Shown here piece after piece: positions 25,650 through 39,165 of a stretch of 64,000 nt of DNA (position 1 is its first letter; each line of letters begins with the position of its first letter). This DNA comes from Nymphaea colorata (Eukaryota), in the NCBI RefSeq assembly GCF_008831285.2, contig NC_045138.2, positions 8,308,001-8,372,000 of the forward strand. Reading direction: 5' to 3'. Both the position numbers and the translations under genes were made by a program. Under the pieces are notes generated by a model. The model had not been told where the DNA came from and searched no databases. It saw only the letters and a program-made list of their open reading frames with translations.

Positions 25650-28400
25650 TCACCTTTTTGCTTTTGCAACATGCATAACAGATTATAGTTCTTTTTATGT
25701 TTTCATTAGTTATGCATCACATATTTATTTTAAGATTCACTAGATCACCCTATACCCATATGCACCCCTTGTTTAAAACAGACGAGGTTTGCCTAGTAAC
25801 GTACCATGTGGCATTAGCCAATGTATGTAAAAACTTGAATCCAATTTTATCTCAAACTTTAGATTTTGGATCTTTGACTCTAAGTATGGGATCATGGATT
25901 TAGGATCACAAATCTCATATTGTGGATCTTGGATTCTAGTTATTGGATTTTGGATGTTGAACCTTTGGTCCTAGGTATCAGATTTTTTATCTCAAGCCTT
26001 AGATTATGGATTTCATATCTCATATTTTGGATCTCAAACCCTATATTTCGGAAGTTGGATCTAAAGACTTGGATTTTGTATTTTAGATTTTCATAATAAA
26101 CTTTGGATTATAAATCTTAGGACCAGACTTCAGACACAAAATTTGAACCATCTTAACAAGATTTTGGACTCTAGAATATCAAAGTATATGAATACAACTT
26201 CAAATTTGTTGGATGCTAATATTAGATTTTGGATTATGAGTTTCAATCTCATGAAATGATATTTTGACTTCTATAACATCTATTTCAAATTTAGAACAAT
26301 ACTTATATAAAATTTCTTATATCATGATTATAATTCTTGGATTCAGATCTAGTTTTCTCTAACAGATCCATGTCCTATACCCATGTCCTAGTAGAGACCA
26401 AACTCGAGGTTAACTTGACCTAGTTTTGCATATATCATGTTGGATGTAGAATATTGATTTACATTGACATATGATGATCTGGACATGAATAGACTTCATG
26501 TTAATTTCTTCTTGTTCATCAGACTATTTTTGTGATCAATTTATATTTTAAAGCATGCATGATTTCAAAAATTAAGGTATGTTTGCTTTTGATAAGTTTT
26601 GAACAATATTTTGACTTAAAAATATAACATTTAGTCTAGTCCTTGGTTTGATTACCCTTAGTAAAGGCACCATAAACAATCAGACCTCATACCGATAGGT
26701 CGGGTTCCGTCTCTTGGAATCCCGCACAAGAAAGCATATGCGAGTGCAGGAAAACAATTTCCATTTGTATGGTTTGCATGTAAAATTTAAAAAAAAATAC
26801 ATATAAACAGTCACAATATTGGAAAATTAAGCTAAGGGCAAAATAGCTAGCAAGGGTCATGGTGTGGGCTAAGAGTAGGGACAGGTCAGTAAATTTTTTT
26901 TCTCCTCCTTTACTTTTCTTTTTGTTATTTTTCTTCTTTCTTATAGCATGATCTATGTTTTCTTTTTTTGTTTAGCATGTTTAGGTTAGTTTGTTTCTAC
27001 TTTTCATGCTTAGGTTTGTTTATTCCAGTGCCCAGGTTAGTTTAATTTTTATTAAACATACTTTAGTTTAATTATTTTCTGCTTTCTAGACTAGATTTAA
27101 TTTAAATGTCCCTTAGTCTAGGGGACGTGGGGCAGGCAACCCACTCGGATCATTTAATGCTTTCAATTTTACTTCATATGTATTTGCTTTAGAGATTGAT
27201 CTATATTGTCATATAGTTTACTTGTTTAATCATAATATATTAAGATCATGCATGTACATCATATTTAAAATTATTCATTAGCCCTAGGGCCATGTAGAAG
27301 CTAGGTTTAAATGATTAGTTTTCATGTGACAAGAGTCCTAGAATGTGAAAGCTCACTACAAGCGCTCTACATGGTCTTACCTTCAAAAACATGCTTCCGA
27401 ATGCACGTTTTTTAAAATCCAAACCCATTTCAGAATAGCTTTTTAAACATTAGGATAAAAAATGGTTGAAAACTTGCCTAGGGCCACAACTAATTTGAGT
27501 TTTCTATGACCTTGTTCAAACAGGTCCTAGAACCCACTAGACCATGTCTTAGACCTCTCTCAGGTCTTAGAACTGGAGCTAACCTAATGAACCTTACTAA
27601 GCTCACTCAATGCTTGAATTAAGACCAAGCATTGTGCTCATTACTAGGACCCATTACATAAAACTATTAAGGTTGATTCCACTCAAGTCTTAGTCAAATT
27701 GGTCTAACCCTAGCTCATCCTTGCCTTAAATCTAGACCCTAGTGAAGATGTCTCTGCCTTGACCTAGGCTCACACCTTGGTCACATAAGAGTTCATTTCA
27801 ACCAACCCTAAACTAAAAAACAAAGTCAACCTAGAACCTACCTTCGCCAAACTCTAGCTAGGTCCAGTCCAAGTCTCTAAAATCAAACCGTGTGAATTCC
27901 AAACGAATCAAGGTGAATTGATCGAACGTCGATTCTTGAATAAATGAACTCATATCTTAGAATTTGGACTTGGATTGGATTTAATCTCGGATTGGCTTTA
28001 GATATTGGATCAAATCTTTGAACTTTGGATCTAAGCTTTGAACTTAAATCTCAAAAGTGAATTAAGGGACTTTCGATCTCACATTTAGACTTAAATCTTA
28101 TTTGCATTTCAAATTGGATCTAGATCAACCCATGTTAAATTTGGATTGTAAAGCATGGTATTGGATCTTGACATTTGATTTCAGATCTTAAGAGTGATTA
28201 CATTTCATATCTTAGATCTTCCATACCCATGTCCTAAAGCCTATGGCATATTTATTTATGTTTCAATATGTCAGGATAAGAATGAACTTAGACTTAGGAC
28301 ATAAACTTAGTCTTTGGTCTGATGACCCCTAGTAAAGGTACCAGGAGTGATCAGACCTCATATCCACAAGATAGGTCACATTTATTATCTTCTCACATAA
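25650..28400 (+). mobile_element. Non-coding LTR-like sequence with an internally repeated module
   Basis: Two modules of (TTGGAT-rich tract, CCCATGTCCTA, 42-nt hairpin motif) ending near 26690 and 28360. The motif is shared with 4918 and 5122. Boundaries are approximate. Confidence 0.5.
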
Positions 28401-31165
28401 GGAAAAACAGTGACTAGTACAAGTTTTATTTCTCCAAATAAACGGCCATATACAAAGTAGAAAAAAATTTGCATGTAAATAGGTATATGATGCACTGTCA
28501 TTGCTTCAGTCCTATGTGACAGCTCTCACACCAGCTAATGTGCATGCATTGGAAACCTATAAACATAGATTGTGCAGACTAATTTAGGCATCTAGCTTTA
28601 ATGGCTATTGTGTTTTCTTATTGTTGGCTGCATGCACACCAGATTGCATTTTTGTTGTCTTGACTCCAAAGAGCTGGTCTGATTAGTGTCGTATGATCAT
28701 AGCATGAAAAGCATGTACAACCACCAACAATGTGATAAATGTTTGTATAATCTTTATGAATTTAGTAAAAATACATGGTCATTCCAATTTGATGCGTTAG
28801 CTTAATATTTCAAGATTGTTTCATTTGGTTTTTTCTAAAAGTTTCAATGCAATGTAGAATAATGGGGCTACCAAGTGACAAAATGATCCTTTCTGTCCTA
28901 ACTAATGACTTTCCTTTTGAAAGACAAAGTGTCAAGAAGATTTTTAGACTTGCATTCTCAATGCCTGTAATTTAGAGTTACCCTAGTCTTGACACTTGCA
29001 TGGCAAATCCACCAATGTCTCTAATGTTCTTCAACTTCTCTATGGGTGCTCTTAAATGCAGGAAATGATGTTTAGGTCAGAACTTTGCAGCTTCTTGAAT
29101 TGTTCAGTGTCACCATTGTACACACATATACAGCATCTATCCTACCTAATTTAGGAAACGTCATGCTGCTTATGCTTTAAGCTGCTCAGTGCAGGAATCA
29201 GTCATCAGGCATACCCTTGTAGCATATGAGGGAAGCTTGACATTTTTAGATGATTTTTTCTATGTTGAGACCACTTCATGGACGTGGACTTTTATGTGCC
29301 ACTGACATGAGATTATGAATGTGTTTAAGATTGTTCAATTATGAACATGTTTGAGCATTCGATAGTTTATCCATTTTCTGACGAATTCTTGAGTTTCATT
29401 GCATTGTGGTTGTTCTTCTTCGTATAATTCGCCATTGGCATGACAAACTAGTAAGTGCTTTTCTATCTTGAGTGTGTTTGTATGGATGTGGGGGTTTCTT
29501 CATGTCAAGGAAATTGATTTTTCAATTATCTTTTCTATTTTGATCACCATGATATTGAAGGGAGCTAAAACAACTTCATGCATCATTACTTAAGAAGTTT
29601 TTTAGCTCGGGATTCATAGTGGCATCAAAAGTGAATAAACTGTGGTTGCATTTGGGGAGGTGGATGGGTGGAACATGGCTGTAATATGGTTGTTGATGAA
29701 AACTTTATTGGTCATTGTTTTGAGTCGTTAAGACCAACGGAAACTTGTGTTCCTTCTATGAAAGCTACTTGGGTAGATCGCTTGAATCATACTAGAGATG
29801 TTTCTCATGATAAAGAGAGCAAGTCCAATAAATGTTGAAATAAAGTATCATGCAGCCTCACCTAAAAAGATAAGAGATTATCTTGTAGAAACACTCAACT
29901 TGTATTGCCAAATCTGACCACTAACTCTTGCTAGGGCTTCTTCTTTTGATTTTTTTTTTTTGTATCTATGGAAACAAGTTATACAAGAGGTGACTCTTAT
30001 TCAAAAGGACAAGGGGGAAACTTAGTACCAAATTTTTGGTAGTCCTTGGTAGAGCTTATTCATGATTTCATGCCAAACCCAATGAACGAACAAATAGGTG
30101 GTCCTTTTGGAAACAAAGGAACGTCGGCCATGGTATCTATTCCTCTAATTATGGAAAGTATATGAGCACCAAAGGTAAATGTGATTCTAACATAAAACAA
30201 AGGCAGGTGAATATGGTGAGTGTTGATTTGCCCTATGTTGTTGAGGTACACCCAGTGGTCGAACTACGTTAAATGCATTATTCTCCTCTTCCTTCTCTTG
30301 TTTCGATCCTCTCTTGCTTTTTTTTTTTTTGTTATTTTGATATGCTACTAGATCCAAAGGATGATATTGCTTCTTTTGCTGTTTTGAGTATGGTGTCAAT
30401 CAACAGCTCCTCATTCCCTGCTCTTCGGCTCCTAACACCTTTCAGCACTTTCTCTCAATCAAGTTGAACTCTAACAACTATATTCTTCGGGTATCAATTG
30501 TGACCTCTATTAATCTTGTACAACCTGGAAGGGTTTGTCAATGGATCAAAAGAGCAGATTGAGTGTCAAAGACAATGAATCTGTTTCAAACCTGGTTATA
30601 TTGATTGGCATCAATGAGACCAGCTGCTCCTTAGCTGCCTTATATCATCCCTATCCGAGCACATACACTCTCTAATTGATTGGCCAAAGACCTCTTATGA
30701 AGTATGGCGACCATGAAGGATGCCATGCTGCCTGGTCAAGTGCTCACATCATGCAGCTCAAAGAATAATTGCAATGTTTGAAGAAACGGAGCAAGTCTGT
30801 TAGTGAATATATTTATAAAGCCAAATCATAGCCTGTCATCAAAAATTGCCAACAAAAGGGTTAAAGACGAAGATCTTATTTTGTATATTCTTCACCCACT
30901 TCCCACTGATTATGTCTCTTTGAGAGTTTCCATTACTACCCACGTACATCCTATCTCCATGACTGAACTTTATAGTCTTTTACTTATGTATGAGGCCTTT
31001 TTTGGAGAAGATGAAGCCAATGATCAAGCCGTAGAATCTCAAGTGGAATCTATTACCACTCAAAGGTCAACTACAACGGTGGAGGCAGTGGGTACTCACA
31101 TGGTATTGGCCATGGACGAGGCTTCTATAAAGAGTGAACAATGTCAACAAGTTGTGTGCTAGTTC

Positions 31166-34100
31166 TATTAAGACCTCGTATGAAGGTTTTAGAGGCCTCT
31201 AAAGCTTCTTGAAGCTAGCCCCATGCAACCATCAGAAACAAGTGTGCATCAGAAGAATATCAGAGTTGATTTCCTTGTAACAACTTTTGCTCACCTGTAT
31301 AGGCACATTTGTCCATTCTATTGAGATTTTTTTTTTTTGTTGCTAAGTTTATCGTTTGAATATAAGCATAACCATTCTTTAATAATAGCAGTAATAGAAA
31401 ACTATTTTATTGCCCTCTCGGTTCATAGCTCTATTTTAGCGTTCTTTGTTTCTAATCTTTGTTTGATTTTTTATCTTATTTCTGCTTTATTTTCTTAGAG
31501 TGTGGTGCTATCTACAGCTCCTTCTATCTCCTAGGGAGTTGATACCTTCCTTTAGTTAATCTCAACGATGCCTTGTTGTTTCATCGACTCATGGCTGCAA
31601 AGGATGACAACTCATCAAACACTTTGGAATGGTTCCAAACAATAATTTTGAATCTCTAGCTGATCTAATCTGTTCTTCCTTCATCAATCGGACAAATCTG
31701 GTGTGATTATAGTTTCACAACCTCTTAATGCACTGTTCAAAGAGATTCTTAATAGTGTTGTCTATGCAATTTCTGCTTGAGAAGTTTGGAAGGTGCAACA
31801 TAACGGTCCTCTCTTGGATCACCAATGCACTGTCCAAAATGATTTTTGATAGTGTTATCTCTGCAATTTCTACTTGAAAGGTTTGAAAGGATCTATGTAA
31901 GTGTTTCACACAAAGTGGTACACCTCATAACTCCTAGATCAAAACAGCAATGAACAAGCACATACATGATTCTCAATCTGTAGCAGTGTACTTTACGAAG
32001 CTTAAGCTGTACTAGGATGAGCTTGCTTCATATGATCCTCCACCTATTTATACTTGTGGAGCAACGAAAACATATTCTAATCGTCAGAAGGAGGAAAAAG
32101 CCATTCAATTTTTGAAGGAGTTGAATGACTCCTACAATACTATTCGAGGTGAGATCTTACTGATTGATCTATTACCTACTCTTAGAAAGTGTACTTTCCA
32201 ATTCTACAAGAAGAAAACATAGGGAGGCACATTTGGTCCTATCTTTAAAGCACATGAGTCTAATGTCCAATGTTAGAATCTCTCCTCCATTTAGAGAAAA
32301 AAGTTAGAGACGCCATCATGTGATATGAACTTATTGTCAAACACCTCGATATACTGGAGAATGTTGTCATAAGCTTCATGGTTATTCATTCTCAACATGA
32401 ATAATTCTTATTGAATAGATAAGAATGTGGTCATAAATCTGTTGTTATAGAAAAGAGCTCAGAACCAGCATTTGCTGCACCTGTTGCTCCTGCTTCGACT
32501 AATGGTGATTAGATCTATGCAGCCAATGTGTCTAAAACTAGCAAGGAGTTGCTCATTATTTTACAATGGAAGAGTAAGAACAACTTGTTCAACTTCTCAA
32601 TCTATCTCTTCAAGTAAATTTTGCAGGTCTCTCAATCTTTTTGAGTGACATCTGAATCATTGGCACGTGCCAATGATCACATAATTCAACTCTCTCAACC
32701 TTGTCTAATGTCATCAAACTTGAGAAACCATACTCCATTCGCTTGACTAATAATAAGTTGGTCTTCCTACTCACAAGGGAGTTGTTTCAATACATTCTTG
32801 TTTACTCTATCCAATGTGTTATATGTTACCTAATTTAGGTTCAATATGCTTTCTGTCAGCAATTGCTTAAGTCTTCAAACTATGAGCTAATATTTAGTTT
32901 TTTTTGTTGTCTTCTGCAAGACTCGATGTCCAAGATGTTGATTGAAGTTGGTAACCTTTGAAGTAGACTATATTGTTTGGCTATCTCAGACAAGTCTGCA
33001 ATAGTTAGTTCTCTACCAGTTTAACATGTCAAACATTCCTTAAGTGCTACTAGTTCAAACCTTTGAAATTTTACCTCAAACTTTGTGAATACATATGGTA
33101 TGAACCTTGGTCCCTGGCACATGAGAGTGTGTCATCCCTTTGCATCTAGAAATAAGTTGTTTTCAGTCTGCTACCTATGAACAAGTTTTCTCAATGTTCA
33201 TGTGAAGTGTGTTCAATGGCAAAGCAAAATAGATTGCCTTTTTGCAAGTGAAATTTCTCCTTCAAGAGCATTTGAACTTGTGCAATATGACATGTAGGGA
33301 CCATGGGCACATCAAGCAATGTCAGGTGCTCACTATTTCTTAATTTTTGTAGATGACTTTACCATATGGATATTTTTTATGAGGCATAAACATGAAAGAA
33401 AATATAACCTGAAACAATGTGTTTAATTGGTAGAAATCAATTTAACACAACCATTTTGAATTGAGATCAAACAACGGGTTGGAGTTCAATTCTCAAGAGA
33501 TGAAAATTTTTTACTAAATAAACAGTAATACAAGAATTGACATGTGTATATATGCCCCATCATAATGTAGTCAAATGAAAACACCGCTCACCTATGTCAG
33601 GTGCTTGAGCCATAAAATTTCAAGCAAATTTGCCAAATAATTTGTGCAGTGAATGTGTTCTAATTGTTGTATATCTAGTCAATCAAACTCCTTTCTTTTC
33701 TTTCACAGAAAACTCCATTTTAACATCTTTTCAAAAGAAAACCAACACACTCACATTTGAAAGTTTTTGGTTTCCAATGTTTTGCGACCAACTTAAATTC
33801 TAGTGATAAGTTTGATAAAAGAGCATGGAAGTGCATGTTTCTTGGCTATCCATTGGAAAGGAAAGCATAACTAAAACTATTTATAAATATTGGAGGAAGC
33901 CAGATGCATGAATACAAGACCAGTTTGAATTCACATGGAACAATAGAAGTTCATATCTAAAACAAATAAAGATCTTTCAAAAAATCCAAAGGATCAACTC
34001 GTTGTTGCATTAAGGATGGTAAGATATCATAAGCAAAACCTTGGACAATGGTTGTTACTTTCAGCAAGAAATCAATTTCAGATTAAGGCTTTTTGTGATG

Positions 34101-34910
34101 TTAATTGTGGTACTTGTAGAGAATCAAGGAAGTCAATCACTGGTTTTTGCATCTTTTTGGGAAGAAAGTTGATTTCCTAGAGAAAAAAACAACCAATTGT
34201 ATCTAGATCATTTGTTGAAGCCAAATAGTGGACTCCAGTAGATGTTGCTTGCAAAATGCTTTTTGCTGAAATCCTTATTGTGATATCTCCAAGTGTGTTT
34301 CTCAACTCCAACTGAATATAACCACTATACAAATTTCAGTCAATCTTGTGTTCCATGAATGTATGAAACACATACAGATTGATTGTCATCTTGTTCAAAA
34401 TTATGTGTATATTTCATTCTTCAAACAAGTTGTAGATATATTTACCAAAGTCTTCGGTAAGAATCAATTCTCCTTTCTTAAAAGCAAATTGGGTTTACAT
34501 GATTTATAAACTCCTGTTTGAAGGGGAGTGTTAAGACTGCTTGGAAAGGATTTAGAGACTTCTTGAAGCTTCTTGAAGCTGACCCATACAACCATCAGAA
34601 ACTACTATGTATCAAAATAATATTAGAGCTTATTTTCTTGTGACAACTTTTGTTCACCTGTATAGGCACAACTGTAATTTTCATTCTACTGAGGTACTTG
34701 TTTGTTGGTAAATATATCTCTTGAATATAAGCATGATCATTCTTTAATAATAGTGCAAACATAAAACTATTATATTGATTTCTCAGTTCCGAGCATTACT
34801 TTAGCCTTCTTTATCTCTAATCTTTGTTTTGTTATGCTCTTTAGCTTCTATTTTGTTTTGTTAGAGTGTAGTTCTATCTTCAACACCTTCTATCTCCCAG
34901 GAATTTTACA
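31166..34910 (+). mobile_element. Nested Ty1/Copia element (B) with internal deletions
   Basis: Perfect TSD AGTTC (31161-31165, 34911-34915). LTRs 31166-~31536 and 34529-34910 (TGTTAAGAC...TTACA), PPT GAAGGGGAG, and gag/integrase/RNase H remnants. Most of RT and the PBS are missing. Confidence 0.9.
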
Positions 34911-36938
34911 AGTTCTGTGATAAACTTGGACACACTGCTAAAATGTGCAGGCAAATATATAGTTAGAAAACTTAAATATTCCTCACATCTATAATGCTTC
35001 TACTTCCTATAACAATGGATATTACGTCTGGTACCTGAATTCAGGTGCTTCTCACCACATTACTCTTGATGTAAGTTCCTATCAATCAACTCATCCTATT
35101 TTTCGACTGATGTTGTTAAGGTAGGAAACAACACAGATTTAAATATTAAGCATACCAGTACTTCATCATTTAAAGTGAGAAATTTTAAATTGAATATGCA
35201 TGACATTTTACATGTTTCTCCTATAACATAAAACCTTCTTTCTATGCATTATTTTGCTAAAAATAATAGTGTATTTTTTTGAATTTTATGCAAGAGAATG
35301 TAGAATTAGAGATGCCAAAACTAGAGAGGAGCTATTGAGAGGCCAGTGAAAGATGGAATCTATGCCCTACACTTTCCTTCAAAGAGAAGGTTGTTTGCAT
35401 TGGAGAGCGAGCAAGTCATGCCATCTGACATAATCATTTGAGTCATCCTAGTTTGAAGTTCATTGGTAGTGTTCTTAGCTTTTTTAAGTTACCTTTTTTT
35501 TTCCAACGTCACCGTTTGTTCTTCATGTCATGCCGCTAAAGTGCACAAGTTACCTTTCAGCCACTTTGATTATAGTAGACTAATACCATTAGAAATCATC
35601 TTTTAAGACGTGTGGGGGTCAACGTCTCTGCCAAGCATTAATGGACATCGTTTGCATGTACTCTTTGTTGATGCCTTGTCTAAATTCACTTGGTTGTTCT
35701 TTTTGAAGCACAAATATGATATGCTTACATTTAAAAACTGATTGAGAATGTGTTTGGAAAGAAAATCAAATATTTTCAAAGTGATTGTAGTGGGGAACAT
35801 AAGGCTGGATGGCTACTTTGCCAAAGTAGGGACCAAACACCAATATTCCTACCCACAAACTCAAGAAGAGAATGGTGTTCTAGAACAGAAGCATAGGCAT
35901 ATAGTTGATATGGGGTTGACTCTTAGGGCTAATGGTAGCATACTGAAAAGGTTTTAAGCATTTGCTTTCTTCACTATGGCATTTTTAATAAATCATTTGC
36001 AGTGGAACTTAAAAATCAGAATCTTCTTGAAATTTTATTTAAAAAGGAATCTAATTACAAATTTTTTTAAAGACCTTTGGCTGTCTGTGTTTTCCAAACC
36101 TATGAGTGTATAGGTCAGACAAACTTGTCTATAGATCACAAGCTCATCTGTTTATGTGGTACACCAATAATCATCACAACTATTGGTGCATCAATCCTGA
36201 TTCTCACAAGTTTATTGCTTGTTGAGATGTGATATGTAATGAATATGAGTTTCCCTTTTGCAAGAAGGATACTATAACTTCTCAAGAGCAAGTGGTCACT
36301 CCTCAACCTATTCTTGTACCTCAATGGATTCACTCAAATAAGAGTCACAGTTTTTAATATCATATTGAGCTGATTGTCACAGTGATGCTGCGTCTCCTTC
36401 TCATGATAGACCTAACTCACAGCAGTAGGATCAAAGTCAGTCACTTGGTTTGAACCTCGAGGTTGATCTTGAAGAGATTCCACAATAACCTACACACCCT
36501 ATGGTGACACTCTCAAATAGGTTCTCTTAGGCCATCATCACATTATGCTCTATCTAGTTGTCTAGTGCCTCAATTGCTTGAAGACAGAGAACCAAAATTT
36601 TTTTATGAAGCCAATTATTTCCCTGAGTGGTGTGCAACTATGCAAGAAGAGCTTCAAGCTCTTGATAACAACAGGACATGGTCTCTGGTTCCTCACTCCC
36701 CAAAGATAAATATTGTTAGATGTTGATGGATGCATTGCATCAAATAGAATGGAACTCTTGAACATTATAAAGTGCACGTGGTAGCCAAAAGTTTTCATCA
36801 AGAGGGGTCGATTTCTTTGAAACTTTCAGCCTTTCACTAAATGAGGCACAATTGGGACCATCCAATCGCTTGCTTTAAGAGGGGGATGGATGAATAAGGC
36901 AAATCAATGTCAACAATGTGTTCCTCAATGGAACACTT

Positions 36939-37968
36939 CCAATGAAGGATAGTTGGGAGTTAGGTTTCCCGACCATTTATTGACAAAAAATTGGTATGTA
37001 CACAAAAAAAATACAAGGAATGTTGCGCAACAAATCCAGGAACTGAAAAAGAGAGGACACCAGTTACATGACACTGTCTCTGCTAGGACCTTACAAGAAG
37101 GACCAGGCCTTGGCCAAAATAAAAAGAGGAACAGCACATTAAAGTAACCAGGACCTGGGCACCAACAGACAACCATTACCCATGATCGTCAAAAATGATC
37201 CCCTGTGCCAAATTAAATTTTTTCCAATTTGAAGCGGGATCTCTTCATTGGAGACCTGTAAGCAACCAGCTGAAGGAGCCAAGTGATGCCATCTCTCCGG
37301 CCAAGATATGTTCCCATTTAAGATATTGATGAGGCGCCTTCTCCATCCAAGATTTTAACGATGATTCTGAGCCTAGAACTGTTCTGCACACCTAGCTGCA
37401 GAGCATCTTCAAGGATAGAGAATTCACTTGTGCCATTCCCCGAAAAGTTTCTTTATGCCATTTAGAACTCAAATTATCATCACCTAGTAGAAAAAAGGAA
37501 CCTATCCACCTTTTCTTGTCCTAGGTGACTATCGACATACTTATCGAGGCTGGTTGATGGCCCTTATCAGGCACAATCGCTCCAAACCAAAGCCAAATTT
37601 TCATCGTCAAACATTCTGCTTCTTTTCATTTAAGAGCACAGAACCCCTCTCAACAGCACTTCCAGATCAACGTACGCATGGATTGCCTATCTACTTGTGC
37701 ACAATCACCATGCATGATTCGACGAAGGGTTCTAGCTTTATCAAAATGACTAGTGACTTGTATCCATATTGTAGCAACCTCTCTGCACTTGGTGAATAAA
37801 TGGTGAGAGCTCTCCTCCGCTCAAAGGCAGAGACAGCACTCATAGAGAAACCAGGCAGTTTTGGTCAGAGCCTTCAAGTTCCAAATTTCTTATCTCCATT
37901 CCTCCTTAGTGTCATTAGGACTTGTGGCTTCAAAGAGCACCCCCGCCCTCAACTTCTTGATTCCCTCC
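36939..37968 (-). mobile_element. 5'-truncated L1 LINE inserted in Copia A RT
   Basis: TSD ATGGAACACTT (36928-36938, 37969-37979), minus-strand zf-RVT motif CCLCL*AEESSHHLFTKCREVATIW (~37760-37845), and AATAAA at 36976-36981. Copia RT FLNGTL|TEIVYM resumes across the insert. Confidence 0.85.
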
Positions 37969-39165
37969 ATGGAACACTTACTGAAATAGTTTACATGGCC
38001 CAAAGGTTCATGGTTTCCCAACATCCTCATACATCTGTAAACTCCACAAAGCCCTGTATGGTTTGAAGGAGGCCATGGTTCCATCACCTAATCTTGATTC
38101 TTGGCAAATTAGGATTTGAAAGCTCCAAAACTAATCCATATTTATTGATTACGCATCACTGCGGTAGTGCTTATATATGCTGGTCTATGTTGATGATATT
38201 CGGTTCACAAGGAAATCACCCCAACTTGTTGACAAGGTTGTTAAGTTATTAAGAGAGTAGTTTACTTTGAAAGACCTTGGGAGATTTCTTTTTGGGTGGT
38301 CAAAATTCTCAAAGAGCTATTCTCTTTATATGTAAAGACATTTTGGAAGTACTTGAAAAGGCGAAGATGCATGAATGTAAACCACCCATGACTCCAATGT
38401 GCTTAACATCCAAACTCTATGTTGGTGAGAGTGTTGATTTTGAAGGTCCTACTTTATTCAGGAGCATTGTAAGAGGCATGTAGTACCTGGCCGTGACCAG
38501 ACCTGATGTGGCCTTCAACATCAGTAAAATATGTTAGTTTATGCATAAACCATCTATTTCTCATTGGTCTGTAGTCAAGAGAATTTTGAACTGAGATATT
38601 TGAAATACACTATTCAATGGTCTTCAAGGCATGAAAGGACAAGTCAATGCATATCTATTCTGATGCTGACCGGGCTGGCTCTCCTGATTATCAGTAGTTC
38701 ACTTCTAGATGCATTGTTTAGATTGGCCTTCATTTGGTCCTCTGGAGCTCAAAAAAAAACATGTTTCTCGTTTAAGCATAGAGGACGAGTATAGAAGAAA
38801 AGCTAACGCTGCTGCCTAGTTAACCTAAGTGCAATCTCTTTTGAGAGAAATGAAATTTGATATGCACGCTACACCAGTAATTTGGTGTGACAAGATCAGT
38901 GCCAATTATCTGGTTGCTCAGCCAACCTTTCATTCTGGAAGCAAGCACATAAAAGTTGATGTGCACTTTGTTTGGGGATCAAATTGGTAAAAGCGTACTC
39001 AAAGTCTGCACTTCTCATCAAAGGTTAAAATCACTAATGGTCTCCCAAAGCCTCTTGTGATCACTCAATTCAATAAGGTTTTTGTCAAGGTCAACCTCAA
39101 ACCTTTGAAGTTTCACTTGAGGGAGGCAGTGAAAGATACTCCGACCAAATCTGATTATGGAAAGT

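Noticed and set aside
28316..28357. Hammerhead ribozyme (retrozyme) suggested by CTGATGA
   Set aside because: No stem II followed by GAAA. CTGAT is itself base-paired, and the other three copies lack CTGATGA.
29060..29130. CLGQNFA resembling a cytochrome P450 heme motif
   Set aside because: Needs a stop and a frameshift to extend, has no upstream FxxG, and no other P450 motif is nearby.
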